Source: Nemertoderma westbladi (lineage: Eukaryota; Animalia; Xenacoelomorpha). From it: a stretch of DNA of 59,547 bases. Position 1 is the stretch's first letter, and the number at the start of each line of letters is the position of its first letter. Position numbers and translations under genes: made by a program. Below, piece after piece: positions 13,252 to 23,899 of this stretch. The notes beneath the pieces are model-generated. The model was not told where the DNA came from. It saw nothing but the letters and a program-made list of their open reading frames with translations, and did no database searches. The DNA lies in contig JAUCBJ010001549.1 of the NCBI GenBank assembly GCA_032718475.1, forward strand, positions 1-59,547, in the 5' to 3' direction.

Positions 13252-14832
13252 CCCTATTACCACTGGGGTGTTTTGACCATTAGCAGCACTGGGGGGGGGG
13301 CCGATTCGGCCCACCCACTATATTTTTGTAGTCGTCCAATGAAATCCTACAAAATTTGGGCTGTTGGTGAAACAACTATAGATGAACACTACCAAACCTT
13401 AAAAAGTTAAAATTTCATAAGCAGGGACTCATAATTTTGATGAAAAATAAAAGTAGTCCCAGGACAAAATTACAAAATTTTTCGTTTTCTAAAAACTAAT
13501 AGTGTGGCAGTGTTGGCTAGATTTAGTAGGTTTTTCAAGACGCTGAATCGAATGTGATTATATTCCACTTCCAAAAATTGAAGTGGATGCTATTTTTCGT
13601 GCACATAAGAAGTGGGCGTGGCACTTCAAATTTTGAAAAATTAGATATTCAGAAAATGCCCCTAATTTTTTTATTTCAACGCATCTTTATGGGTTTTCTG
13701 GGCCGCTGAATCGATTGAAAGTAATATAGAAGCCTGAAGACTGAGTGGTTAGCCATTTTTGGTGCACCAAAATTAGGGCGTGGCACTTCAAATTTTGAAA
13801 AATACGAGATTCGGAAAATAAACCGAAATTGAAATTTTAACGAATTTATATAGGTTTTCCAGACCGCTGAATCGATTGAAAGTAATATAGAAAAGCCTGA
13901 AGATTTAGAAGTTAGCCATTTTTTTAAATCAAAACTTTAGTGTTTTTTCCGAATAAAGTAATTTTGAAAATTTGAAGTGCCACGCCCTAATTTTGGTGCA
14001 CCGAAAATGGCGAACCACTAAGTCTTCAGGGTTCTATATTACTTTCAATCGATTCAGCGCTCCAGAAAACCTATAAAATTAATTTAAAATCAAAACTTTA
14101 GTGAATTTTTCGAATCTCGTATTTTTCAAAATTTGAAGTGCCACGCCCTAATTTTGGTGCACCAAAAATGGCGAACCACTAAGTCTTCAGGCTTCTATAT
14201 TACTTTCAATCGATTCAGCGCTCCAGAAAACCTATAAAAATGCTTTGCAAATCAAAACTTCAGTGTATTTTCCGAATCTCGTATTTTTCAAAATTTGAAG
14301 TGCCACACCCTAATTTTAGTGCACCAAAAATGGCGAACCACTAAGTCTTCAGGCTTCTATACTACTTTTAATCGATTCAGCGCTCCAGAAAACCAATAAA
14401 AATGCTTCGAAATCAGAACTTTAGTAAATTTTCCGAATAAAGTAATTTTGAAATTTTAAAGTGTCACGCCCTAAATTTGGTGCTCCAAAAATGACGTACC
14501 ACTACACTTACATACTTGTATAGACCATTAGAGTGATCCAAACCAATGAAAATAAATAAAAATAGCCCAAACACAAATAATTACTAAATCACGAATGACT
14601 TTGTAAAATTCGAAAATTTCAAAAAATTTGGTGCTGGAGACCAAATTTTGAGGTGGCACCCACATCGAAAAGTAGAAATCCAATTGCAACGGCGTTTTTT
14701 GCAAAATATGCGGCATTAAATTTGACTAATTCTCACAAAAAATTGGGCCGGTACGTAATGTGGGTGCATAGTTACAGCAACTAAAAACTAGGAAGGGGCC
14801 GATTCGGCCCCCCCCCCCCAGTGGTAATAGGG
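13252..14832. mobile_element. piggyBac-type MITE with internal ~120-bp repeats
   Basis: TTAA TSD at 13248-13251 and 14833-14836. TIR CCCTATTACCACTGGGG / CCCCAGTGGTAATAGGG. Subterminal GGGCCGATTCGGCCC at both ends. Confidence 0.85.
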
Positions 14833-16078
14833 TTAAACACTTGCACTTGTTTAAACAAATACTAATTGGACAGGAGGTGTTACTGACTCTGATGTCTCAT
14901 GTGGAGGCTATTCTAAATAGTCGACCTTTAACACCTTGAATTGAATTGAATTTATTTATTTCCTCAAAATTTATATAAAAACAACAAACTAAACAATACC
15001 ACAGTATCTGCTGGGTACTTTGGAATGTGGGTGGACCGTCGCTATAGCAGAGCTAGTGTTGCCTTGGCCCACTCACATATACGGAGGAATATTTGGCAGT
15101 GCAAAAAGTGCGGGAATATCTTAAAAACTTAAATCGGTTGGGTGAACTGTGGCAACACTGGAGTGGCATCAGAGTGGTGTTGAGGCAATGTAAGGTAGAT
15201 CATACAGTTAATAGATAGATAGGCAATGGGTGTTGAATTAAAGGATTATACTCTATAGTCAGATGATATAGGTCAGATCAGTCGTAAGAGAACTATGATT
15301 TACTAATATTGTTAACCGGGAGGCGAAGGAAGGGATACAGATGGAATATATGAGAAAACGGGTAAATTAAACAGCAAACATGGGATTAGTGCCATCAGTC
15401 CCGAGACAGATAATCAAACAGATATTTTTTAACAGCGTGATCGAAGGATGGACAAATCGGATATCATGGAGAAATTCTGGCAAAGCATTTCAGAGGAGCG
15501 GACCTTGGGCAGATACTGACTGGTGATGGACTTCAAGGCGTATAGAAGGAAGGTGAAACAGACCCGATGTGGCAGCGCGCATACTGTAGGAGTGAATGGA
15601 AGATGCTTTAACAAATAAGTAAGAAAGTGGATGGGAGGGATTACGGTTGATATCGTACATTAAAAGTGACAACTGGTGCGTATATAGGCGATCTAGTGGT
15701 AAAATTCGTAATTTTTGATATATAGGGAAAGCAGAAGAATGGTAATGGCTGAAGGTAATACATCGGGCAATTTTATTTAATTTAGCTTTAAGAGGTTGCA
15801 AAAGAGAGCTATAAGTACAACCCCAGGCAATAAGGCCATATGATGTTTGACAACCACGACTTTAGAGGGATTGTGATATTAATATGAAAACAATAAAATA
15901 GGACTAAATCTCCGAAACCCTTTTATTTTTATAAAATTTATTACTTAGACTTACCTTTTCGGCGAACAAAATGTCCTATATTTTTCGTAATTTATGGGAT
16001 AGCCTATTTCGTGCAATACTTACCGGAACCTGTAGTTACTGTATGGTTTGGTGTAATTTTTCTTGTGGTAGTTGGGTT

Positions 16079-16464
16079 TGTGACGGGATCAGAGGATCCC
16101 GACCAGTTTGGTTTCGTTACGCGTCACCGTGTAATCGGAAAAGAATAGTTGATTGTTGTCGTTCCAATATTGTTAATAGGTTGAAATATGATATAGAATA
16201 AAATAGCACAGTTGATTGTAATGTTATTGAGATTACACTAATATAGATGTTATACTGGTAGTGAGATATGTTGGTAACGGCGGTGACGGTACAAAAATGT
16301 CACCGATCTGCTCTAGATGACTGAGATAACTGACCGGTAAATGAGGTATGCTGATAATATATATTCACTCCTATGCTATTGTGGCCTTGCTACCTAGCGG
16401 ATGCTTTCCCTTATCCCTGATTGGCCAATAACCTAATTCTCGGCTGCCACCTCTGTGGGAGTGT

Positions 16465-16495
<31 letters not shown>

Positions 16496-16691
16496 ACCGC
16501 TGCTGTCACTTCCCTCTCGAGGTAGCTTGACCTCTAACCTCTTTTGTGTGGCTCTTTGGGGCTATATGTTGTCCCCGTTATTGGGGGTGATACGAGGTTA
16601 ATTGTGATTAACCTCGTATTCCCCAATATTGCTGAAAACGCCACTTCTCAACTTTTATGGGGATAGTGGAGCAGAATTGAATCCGCTCACA
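16079..16691 (-). repeat. 3' LTR of inner BEL/Pao element
   Basis: About 97% identical by eye to 28232-28827 apart from poly-C length. Preceded on the sense strand by the PPT GGGGGGGAG. Confidence 0.95.
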
Positions 16692-17190
16692 CTCCCCCCC
16701 ATGCTATCTTCCCAGTGAGAAGATAGCATCACCTACGAGTGCGCTTCAATTCCGCTGGAACCCGATCTATTATCGGGTGTGGGGTGGAGTTCTCTTTCTT
16801 GGAGTCGGCTTTCCAGGCCGCTCCCTCTGGGTATGATATCGCTACCCTCTCTTGGTGCAATTTCACATCTGGCGTCTCGGTTCGAGACAATTGTGGATTT
16901 CTCTCACACAATTTTGAACTCCTCTCCACTCTAACTCTTCTCTACCTCTCTCTACTTCACCCTGATTCTCCCCTACTTCTCTTCTACTTCTCTCTAACTC
17001 TCGGACCTCCTTGTCCCTCACTCTACCTCTTACTCCTCCCCCCCCCCCCACACTTGAATTGCAACTGCATTCTCTCCACGCACCTCAACGCCATCTCTCG
17101 CTATCTCTCTTCTCCTGCATTCCATACTCAACTCCCTTTTAGCCCTTTCACTCCTGACGAGCCTCACCCTCCCTTTCCGTGCCGTCGCAC

Positions 17191-18759
17191 TTAAGAAGTG
17201 TCAAGTGTGTAGTGAGTGTGTAGTGCGTGGCCGATTCTTCCGATGGGCGGCATCTCTCCGAACTCATCGTCGTCCTCGTCCTCCTCTGGGAGTGGCTCCA
17301 AACCCGGTATCCCGGTGGATCCACTGTGTCCCTTCCCACCTTGGCTCTCGCCCGTGACTCTCCATCCTTCCAGTTCCCCTGGCCTTCTCTTCGCGAAATC
17401 ACCCTCGGCGCCCGCTGGTATGGGCATTGTCTGCAATCACGATGTCGACTGTTTCGGTGATCCTTCCGCACACCCCAATTCTCGCCCTAGAGACTCGCCC
17501 GAACTCCCTGATGTCCAGTGTAGATCGTCCAAGGCCGCCTGGGCCTCGAACCCGTAACCCTCTCCTCTAGCTTCCGCCTCTCTTTCGTCTGCCTCCCTCC
17601 TTTCTCGTCTAGCGATTTCTTCCAATCGCTTCGCCTCTCGTCTATCCGCCTCTAGCTGCTCCCACCTCTGATATGGTGTATCCACCTCCCTGTCTACTAG
17701 ATATCGGCAGTTATAGTATACCGACTCGCCCTTCAGCCCCGGGTGGTCTACCAGACCCTCGAAAGCCACTTTGAAGGCTCTTCTGTAGTTCAGGGGTGAT
17801 CCCGATAGCAGAAATGCCGTTGGTTCTCTCTCGATAACCACGGTCATGAATAGGTTTAGCAAACCTATCATTATCCAGTCCTCCTGCAGGATATATCGCT
17901 TCTGATATATCTTTATCGCTCCTCTCCGGAATTGATACACCTCTTGTTTCCCCGGCCTTGCTCCCCACTTCAGCGAGTTCGCCAACTCCGCTCCGTACTC
18001 CTCCCTGAATTTGCCCCAGTCCATTGGTTTGTGGCATACGAGCCCCATTAGCTGGCCCATCGCCACCACTCCACAATGGCCCGTGTTCTCTACTAGTCCC
18101 AACCCGGCTGGCGCTGTCATAGCCATGTAGACCGTTTGCATGTCCAGGAGGTTGGGGGTCTCCGGACCGATGATTCTCTCCGCATCGTCGCGGATCGCCG
18201 ATCCCACCTTTATCGTCGACTTCTCTCTTACTAGGTTCTGCACCACCTTGGCAACCGGTTTAACTTCGGCCCGTTCTTCTTCCCATACGTTCCCAGATCG
18301 AACAGGAATATATCCCCATTTGGCGCGGCCAAATGCAGGAGTATGGTTCTGGCCAACCCCGCCGACCCTCTTCTCGAACCTTCCTCGTCTTCCACGGTCC
18401 CTTCGTCGTCTAGGGTCATGTATCCTCCCCTGCTGACGGACTCTACGAACCTCTTCCAGTCCTTTTTCGGTGGTTCCCTTGGATACTTCGGTATCCCGAA
18501 CTTCGCCTCGTCTCCTTTTACCACGTAGTGGAAGTGCTCGAAGATCTGCATTGTCTAGCGACGGTGTCCCGTAGGTCCCGACCAGCCGCTGCTCGTGCAC
18601 CTCCCTGAAATGGTCCTGCAGCGCTCGTGCCTTGTGACCCTTCTCTAACCGCACGTAGTATCCTCTCGTCTTCTCTTCTGGATGCCTTTTGGTGAAATCT
18701 ACCAGTATCTCCTTTCCTCCCAACTCCGCCTTTCTCTTTCTAACAAGTTTCTCCGCCAT
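17191..18759 (-). pseudogene. Extra ORF (env position) encoding a DEDDy 3'-5' exonuclease-like domain (WRN/EXD family) plus coiled-coil and acidic tail; two frameshifts and one in-frame stop
   Basis: Joining ORFs 18231-18551 and 17437-18804 gives ExoI MTLDDEG, then LLHLAAPNGDIFLFDL, LP[K]VVQNLVREKSTIKVG, ExoII AIRDDAERI, LLDMQT, KWGARP, and ExoIII RYILQED. Confidence 0.7.
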
Positions 18760-19179
18760 TTCGAACTCTCCCGATCGCTCACCTATAAGGTGGTGCCTTA
18801 CCAAGGCGCAATATAAGTGAGTGATGTAGTTAGGATGGTGTGTACGGTCCGATAATGGGCTATCTCTCTCTGAATGCTAGGTTATTGCCGAATTTTCTTA
18901 TTCTACTCCCTAAAGGTGCCAAATTTCCTAAATTCCCTAATTCTGTCAGTTACTTTAATTATGTTCTAGAATATCCTGCCTACTGTTACCATAATTTGTC
19001 TAATTTGGATTTTAATATTTATTTTAATCCTACAACTGTGCTATCAGTATCTATTAATGGATTATTTGCTTTTAATCCCCCTTCTGACCTATTCTACAGG
19101 CTGTGCAGTACAGTAGTATGTCTCATGCGGCCAACACGATCTGTCCTGCTGTACCCACGTGCCCCCCTCTCACTACTCA

Positions 19180-19740
19180 CTACTAACTCTACTAACTCTA
19201 CTAACTTCCACTAACACACTAATTCTTACTAACATTCTAACAAACTTCTACTAATTCTTACTATGTACCCTCTTACTAACTCTTCCACTAACGGTACTAC
19301 ACGTACCCTCTTACTAACTCTTCTACTAACGGTACTACACGTACCCTCTTACTAACTCTTCTACTAACGGTACTACACGTACCCTCTTACTAACTCTTCT
19401 ACTAATGGTACTACACGTACCCTCTTACTAACTCTTCTACTAACTCTTACTAACGGTACTACGTACCCTCTTACTAACTAACTCCACTAACTCTTACTAA
19501 TGGTACTACGTACCCTCTTACTAACTAACTCCACTAACTCTTACTAACGGTATTACGTACCCTCTTACTAACTAACTCCACTAACTCTTACTAACGGTAC
19601 TACGTACCCTCTTACTAACTAACTCCACTAACTCTTACTAATGGTACTACGTACCCTCTTACTAACTAACTAACTCTCTAACTAACGGTACTACATACCC
19701 TCTTACTTCTAACTAACTACGTACCTACTATGTACTATTA
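19180..19740 (-). repeat. ~39-41-bp tandem repeat spacer between integrase and the extra ORF
   Basis: Repeated AACGGTACTAC(AC)GTACCCTCTTACTAACT... units. Homologous array at 49040-49710. Confidence 0.9.
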
Positions 19741-19866
19741 CTATCCTTTCTCTTACTCTCTTTCTCTATTATTTATATTTATTTTTTTTTTTTATATATT
19801 TTGTGTGGGAAGGGTGTCTCGCCCTCAATCCCACCCCCCTCAGTCCAACATTTGGACGACTAAACA

Positions 19867-21264
19867 CTAAGGTGCGCCCTCCAGTAGGCAACACTTCCCT
19901 ACAGCCCTCCTGTAGGTCTTCCTATCTTTCGCTCCTATCTTACCCCCTATCCGCACTTCCACCGATCGGACTCTTCCGTCCTCGTCGGAGTAAGTGTCCA
20001 CAACTCTTGCTAACCTCCACTGATTGTTGATAATGGTGTCGTCTGTGATGATCACCAAATCACCCTTCTTTAACTCCCTAGTGGTATTTCTCCACTTACT
20101 CCTCCTATGAAGTGTGGGTAAGTATTCCTCAACCCACCTCCTCCAGTACTCTGCGCTTATCGCCTTAGCGACTTTCCAACTCTGTCGGGAGTGTATGTCA
20201 TCTGGGTCTACACCCCGCATGTCGATGGTCGCCGGCCTCTCCATTAGAAAGTGACTGGGTGTTAGCACATCTAGTGATTCTGGGTCGTCATTTTCTGGGT
20301 ATAGCGGTCTGCTATTAATGATACCCTCGCACTTAGCTAGCACCGTCCTTAGTACATCTTCTGTCACCATGTGGGTGTTCATCAACTTCGTCATCAGACG
20401 CTTGGAACTACCCACAAGTCTCTCGACGCATCCTAAAGTATGCGGAGCATACGGCGTCCTCCTCTCCCACTTCACCTGTCGTCTCCTCATGGCTGCCCTG
20501 ACTTCCTCTCCTTCCAGGATGTCCAAGGCCTCTGCCAGCTCGTTCTCCGCCCCCACAAAGTTGGTTCCATTATCGGAGTATATCACTGCGATCATCCCAC
20601 CTTTGCGGTCTCTGAACCTCTCTAGGGCATTGATGAATGCCGTTTCGGTTGCGTCTTGGGCGAGTTCTATTCCTACCGCCCGCGTGTTGTTACATACGAA
20701 GATAATGCCGTAGCGCTTCTCCGTGTGCCGCATCACCCTGATCTTTATCGGCCCGAACATATCTACACCGCAGTGCGTGAATGGCGGGTCGTGCTGTCTC
20801 ACCCTGCTGGCCGGTAATGGCGCCATCTCCTGTATGGCCCGCTCCTTCCTCGTCCGTCGGCAGGTCTGGCACTGCCCCACTACCGCCTTCACCTTCTTTC
20901 TTAGCTGTGTGATCCAGAAGGTCCTCCGTATCTCCGTGAGGGTCTGGTTGGTGCCCCCGTGCAATATCGACTTGTGGGAGTCCCAAATGATCTGGTGGAC
21001 TATCGGCGATCTATTTGGGATGATGATGGGTTTCGGTGGGATAATGAGGCTGTTGTTATTTAGCACTCTAGAGTTCATTACTAGGATCCCATCGTCATTG
21101 AGTTGTGGCGACAGCGTGATGAGCTCGCTGTCCCGACGAAGATGTTGTTGTTCACTGACGCACCCCACTTCGTGGCCGTAGTACCTTTTCTGTTCGTAGC
21201 GAATCACGGCCCTGGCCGTTCCCTCCAGATCGATGTTTGGTTTCCTCTTGGTCGTCCCTGCCAA
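19867..21264 (-). CDS. BEL/Pao integrase (HHCC zinc finger, DDE core, C-terminal DUF5641-like region)
   Basis: SHKSILHGG...CQTC, GVDMFGP, SDNGTNF, VERLVG, YWRRWVEEYLPTL. Confidence 0.9.
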   Translation of the reverse strand: MAGTTKRKPNIDLEGTARAVIRYEQKRYYGHEVGCVSEQQHLRRDSELITLSPQLNDDGILVMNSRVLNNNSLIIPPKPIIIPNRSPIVHQIIWDSHKSILHGGTNQTLTEIRRTFWITQLRKKVKAVVGQCQTCRRTRKERAIQEMAPLPASRVRQHDPPFTHCGVDMFGPIKIRVMRHTEKRYGIIFVCNNTRAVGIELAQDATETAFINALERFRDRKGGMIAVIYSDNGTNFVGAENELAEALDILEGEEVRAAMRRRQVKWERRTPYAPHTLGCVERLVGSSKRLMTKLMNTHMVTEDVLRTVLAKCEGIINSRPLYPENDDPESLDVLTPSHFLMERPATIDMRGVDPDDIHSRQSWKVAKAISAEYWRRWVEEYLPTLHRRSKWRNTTRELKKGDLVIITDDTIINNQWRLARVVDTYSDEDGRVRSVEVRIGGKIGAKDRKTYRRAVGKCCLLEGAP

Positions 21265-22267
21265 TCCCCTTGAGGAAATCCCCGAAGGCTCTCCAGTACG
21301 CTACCAACTTCTTGGTCTTGTACCAACTTGAGCTGTAGCTGAGGAGTTTATCCGTCGGGTTATCGCATGGTTCTTCTGATTTTGGTTGCACCTCCCTGAT
21401 CTCCCTTGCCATCTGACTATATATCTCTTCACCTTCTGAGTCTCCTCCTTCTTCCTCCAGTGTTACTTCCTCTGAGCCCGGGTCCACCTTCTTCCTCGGT
21501 GGCCAGGCCGTCCTATCATTCAGGAACTGTGGCCCGTGCTGCCACAATACTTCCTTCTTCAAGAAAGTGTGGCGTGCCACGCCCCTCGATAACAAGTCCG
21601 CTGGGTTCTCGTCCGTTGGGCAGTAGTGCCACCTTTCCAACTCAGTTGTCGCTCTTATTTCGTCCACCCTATTTGCGACGAATATAGGGTATCTCGTCTT
21701 CTCATTGTGTAGCCAACCAAGCACTACCATGGAGTCCGTCCAGTAGTGTGTTTCCACTATATTGGGAATAGTGTCCATCAAGTAGGCTGTGGCCCTTACT
21801 CCTAACCTTGCAGCTGTCAACTCGAGTTTCGGGACCGATGCTGAATCTGGCGGCGTTGACTTTGCTTTGCTGAATGCAAGTCTGGGCTTATGAGCCCCCT
21901 CTCGTTGTACTAGGTAGAGTGCCGCTCCGTATGCTTCCAATGACGCATCGGAGAACATGTGTAGATCCAGATCCATCATGTTCCCATCCGGGAAATACAC
22001 ACGTGGCATGCTGTATGTCCCCATCTGTTCTAAACTCTCCGTCCACTTGCTCCATTGCTTGCTGATCTCTTCCGGGACCTCTGTATCCCACTCGTCCTTT
22101 AGCTTATATACTTTCTTAAGTATCTGCTTCCCCGTGACTAATAGTGGGGATGCTAGGCCTAGGGGATCGTATATCCTTGCTATGTATGATACATAGCCCC
22201 TCTTTGTGTGGATGTCCGCGCCCTCTGGCTCAGCTGATACTTGAATTCGTCTGTCTCTCGATTCCAC
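21152..22267 (-). CDS. BEL/Pao RNase H region (peptidase A17-type); frameshifted relative to its neighbours
   Basis: IYDPLG, LHMFSDAS, VPKLELTAA, YWTDS, FVANRV, ENPADLLSRG. Confidence 0.9.
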   Translation of the reverse strand: MESRDRRIQVSAEPEGADIHTKRGYVSYIARIYDPLGLASPLLVTGKQILKKVYKLKDEWDTEVPEEISKQWSKWTESLEQMGTYSMPRVYFPDGNMMDLDLHMFSDASLEAYGAALYLVQREGAHKPRLAFSKAKSTPPDSASVPKLELTAARLGVRATAYLMDTIPNIVETHYWTDSMVVLGWLHNEKTRYPIFVANRVDEIRATTELERWHYCPTDENPADLLSRGVARHTFLKKEVLWQHGPQFLNDRTAWPPRKKVDPGSEEVTLEEEGGDSEGEEIYSQMAREIREVQPKSEEPCDNPTDKLLSYSSSWYKTKKLVAYWRAFGDFLKGIGRDDQEETKHRSGGNGQGRDSLRTEKVLRPRSGVRQ

Positions 22268-23892
22268 ACGATCCCTAGTGCCTTCTGCTGGTACTCTACC
22301 CTCTTGTTCGCCATGTCCTGTCCCTTTGCTGTTGTGGGGTTATCCATGGTCGACTCTGGCCTCCTGTCCTCTATGGCTTTCATAAACTCTTCTGAGCTGG
22401 ATTGGAACTTGGTCAGGTTAAACCCGGATCCCTTCAGGATGTCGCGAACCTCGCGCCCCGTATCCAGTAGTTCTTTAACCGTGTTTCCAGACTCCATTCC
22501 GTCGTCTACATAGAAGCCGCGTCGAATCATATCGACGGCTTTGGCGCTATATTTCTCCTCTTTCCCCTCTACTGTATCCCTCACAGCCACAGTCGTCGTA
22601 AATGAGGACGACTTGGCCCCCATATTCTGCACCACCATCTTGTACATCGGTATTGTCGACGGTTCCTCGTCGCCGTTGTACCATAGGAAGCGCTGGCTGT
22701 CACTATCCTCCTCCGTCACACGGACTTGGTTAAACATGCCTTCAATGTCGCAAGTGAAGGCGTGCCTCCCGTTTCTGAATCTCAGTAGGACCTCGATTCC
22801 TGAGTTATAAATATTGGGACCCTCCAGCAGATAGTCGTTTAGGCACTTGCCGTTGGTCTTAGCTGACGCGTCAACTACCATTCGTAATTTACCTTTCTTT
22901 GGGTCTAGAGCCACGTGAAGTGGCAGGTAATAGGTCCTGTCTGTGTTCGGTTCGTCGACCGGTAACTCCACGGCCCATCCTTTCTCGACATACTTTCTTA
23001 TCGTTTTATGAATGTACTCATTCTTTTCGGGGCTCCGTTTTAGCGTTTGCTTCAATTTACGAAGCCTCGTGAGTACCATTCCCTTGTTGTCTGGTAGCGG
23101 TAATTTTGGTTGTTTCCATACCATCCCTATGGTGTACCGCCCCTCGTCGCATCTCATCGACTCCTTTACGCTTTGTATTGCCTGCTTATCCTCTACCGAG
23201 GTTCCGACCCCGGTCTCTTTCAATCCCTCAAAATCCTGTCTAAGTAGTCTCCTGAGCTGCTCCTCCGCTCCTTCATCTTCCATCTCCCTCATAGTTCCCG
23301 CGAACATGCACCCTGATGTCTCCGACATCCTAAACGGAATCTTGGTTCTAATTAGGCTGCTTAGCGTCCACCTGAATGTTGTTAAAATTGCCACCGGGTC
23401 ACACTGTCTGTCTTCGCCGAAGACCGTCTGCATTCTCTCGTGGGCCGTCGGGCAGTCCATTTCTACTATAATGGATACCTTCCTAACGTCCACCTCTGGT
23501 ATTGAGAAATCGATACTGTCCAGGAATCTATATTGTTCAACCTCGATGTTGGTTGGTCGCCTGGCATTGACATTTATCGATTCTATCACCTGGACGGGGT
23601 CGATCGTCGCCCCATAATCGCATCCCGGTGCTATCGCTGCTATCCCGCACCGTCCGGTCCTCATCTCCAAGACCTCATCTTTGCTGGAGATGGTTGTTAC
23701 CGCCATCCTACTTGGCCTCGTCTTCAATCCTATCTCTTCGGCCACCCAATTCTCGACCAATGTGAAGGCTGCTCCACTGTCGACCAGCATTAGCGTGGTT
23801 ACTGATCGATCGCCTTCTCCGATCACCCTCACTGGTACTACCCCGAGTAGTACCGTTCCTCTCTTCTTCGCCCCTACGGTGCTTGTTGCCAT
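22180..23892 (-). CDS. BEL/Pao aspartic protease plus reverse transcriptase
   Basis: LVDSGA (protease); YYLPLH, KLRMVVDAS, CDIEGMFNQV, FYVDD (RT). Confidence 0.92.
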   Translation of the reverse strand: MATSTVGAKKRGTVLLGVVPVRVIGEGDRSVTTLMLVDSGAAFTLVENWVAEEIGLKTRPSRMAVTTISSKDEVLEMRTGRCGIAAIAPGCDYGATIDPVQVIESINVNARRPTNIEVEQYRFLDSIDFSIPEVDVRKVSIIVEMDCPTAHERMQTVFGEDRQCDPVAILTTFRWTLSSLIRTKIPFRMSETSGCMFAGTMREMEDEGAEEQLRRLLRQDFEGLKETGVGTSVEDKQAIQSVKESMRCDEGRYTIGMVWKQPKLPLPDNKGMVLTRLRKLKQTLKRSPEKNEYIHKTIRKYVEKGWAVELPVDEPNTDRTYYLPLHVALDPKKGKLRMVVDASAKTNGKCLNDYLLEGPNIYNSGIEVLLRFRNGRHAFTCDIEGMFNQVRVTEEDSDSQRFLWYNGDEEPSTIPMYKMVVQNMGAKSSSFTTTVAVRDTVEGKEEKYSAKAVDMIRRGFYVDDGMESGNTVKELLDTGREVRDILKGSGFNLTKFQSSSEEFMKAIEDRRPESTMDNPTTAKGQDMANKRVEYQQKALGIVWNRETDEFKYQLSQRARTSTQRGAMYHT

Positions 23893-23899
23893 TGTCTGT

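Noticed and set aside
16465-16495. Long poly-C/poly-G runs here and elsewhere as functional elements
   Set aside because: Lengths differ even between paired LTRs, consistent with slippage or long-read homopolymer error.
17437-18804. Env-like gene call for the extra ORF
   Set aside because: No signal peptide, fusion-protein cysteine pattern or clear TM anchor is visible; the motifs fit a DEDDy exonuclease better.
19180-19740. Repeat-spacer look resembling a CRISPR array (also 49040-49710)
   Set aside because: The inter-repeat sequences are themselves repetitive rather than unique spacers; eukaryotic retroelement context; no cas genes.
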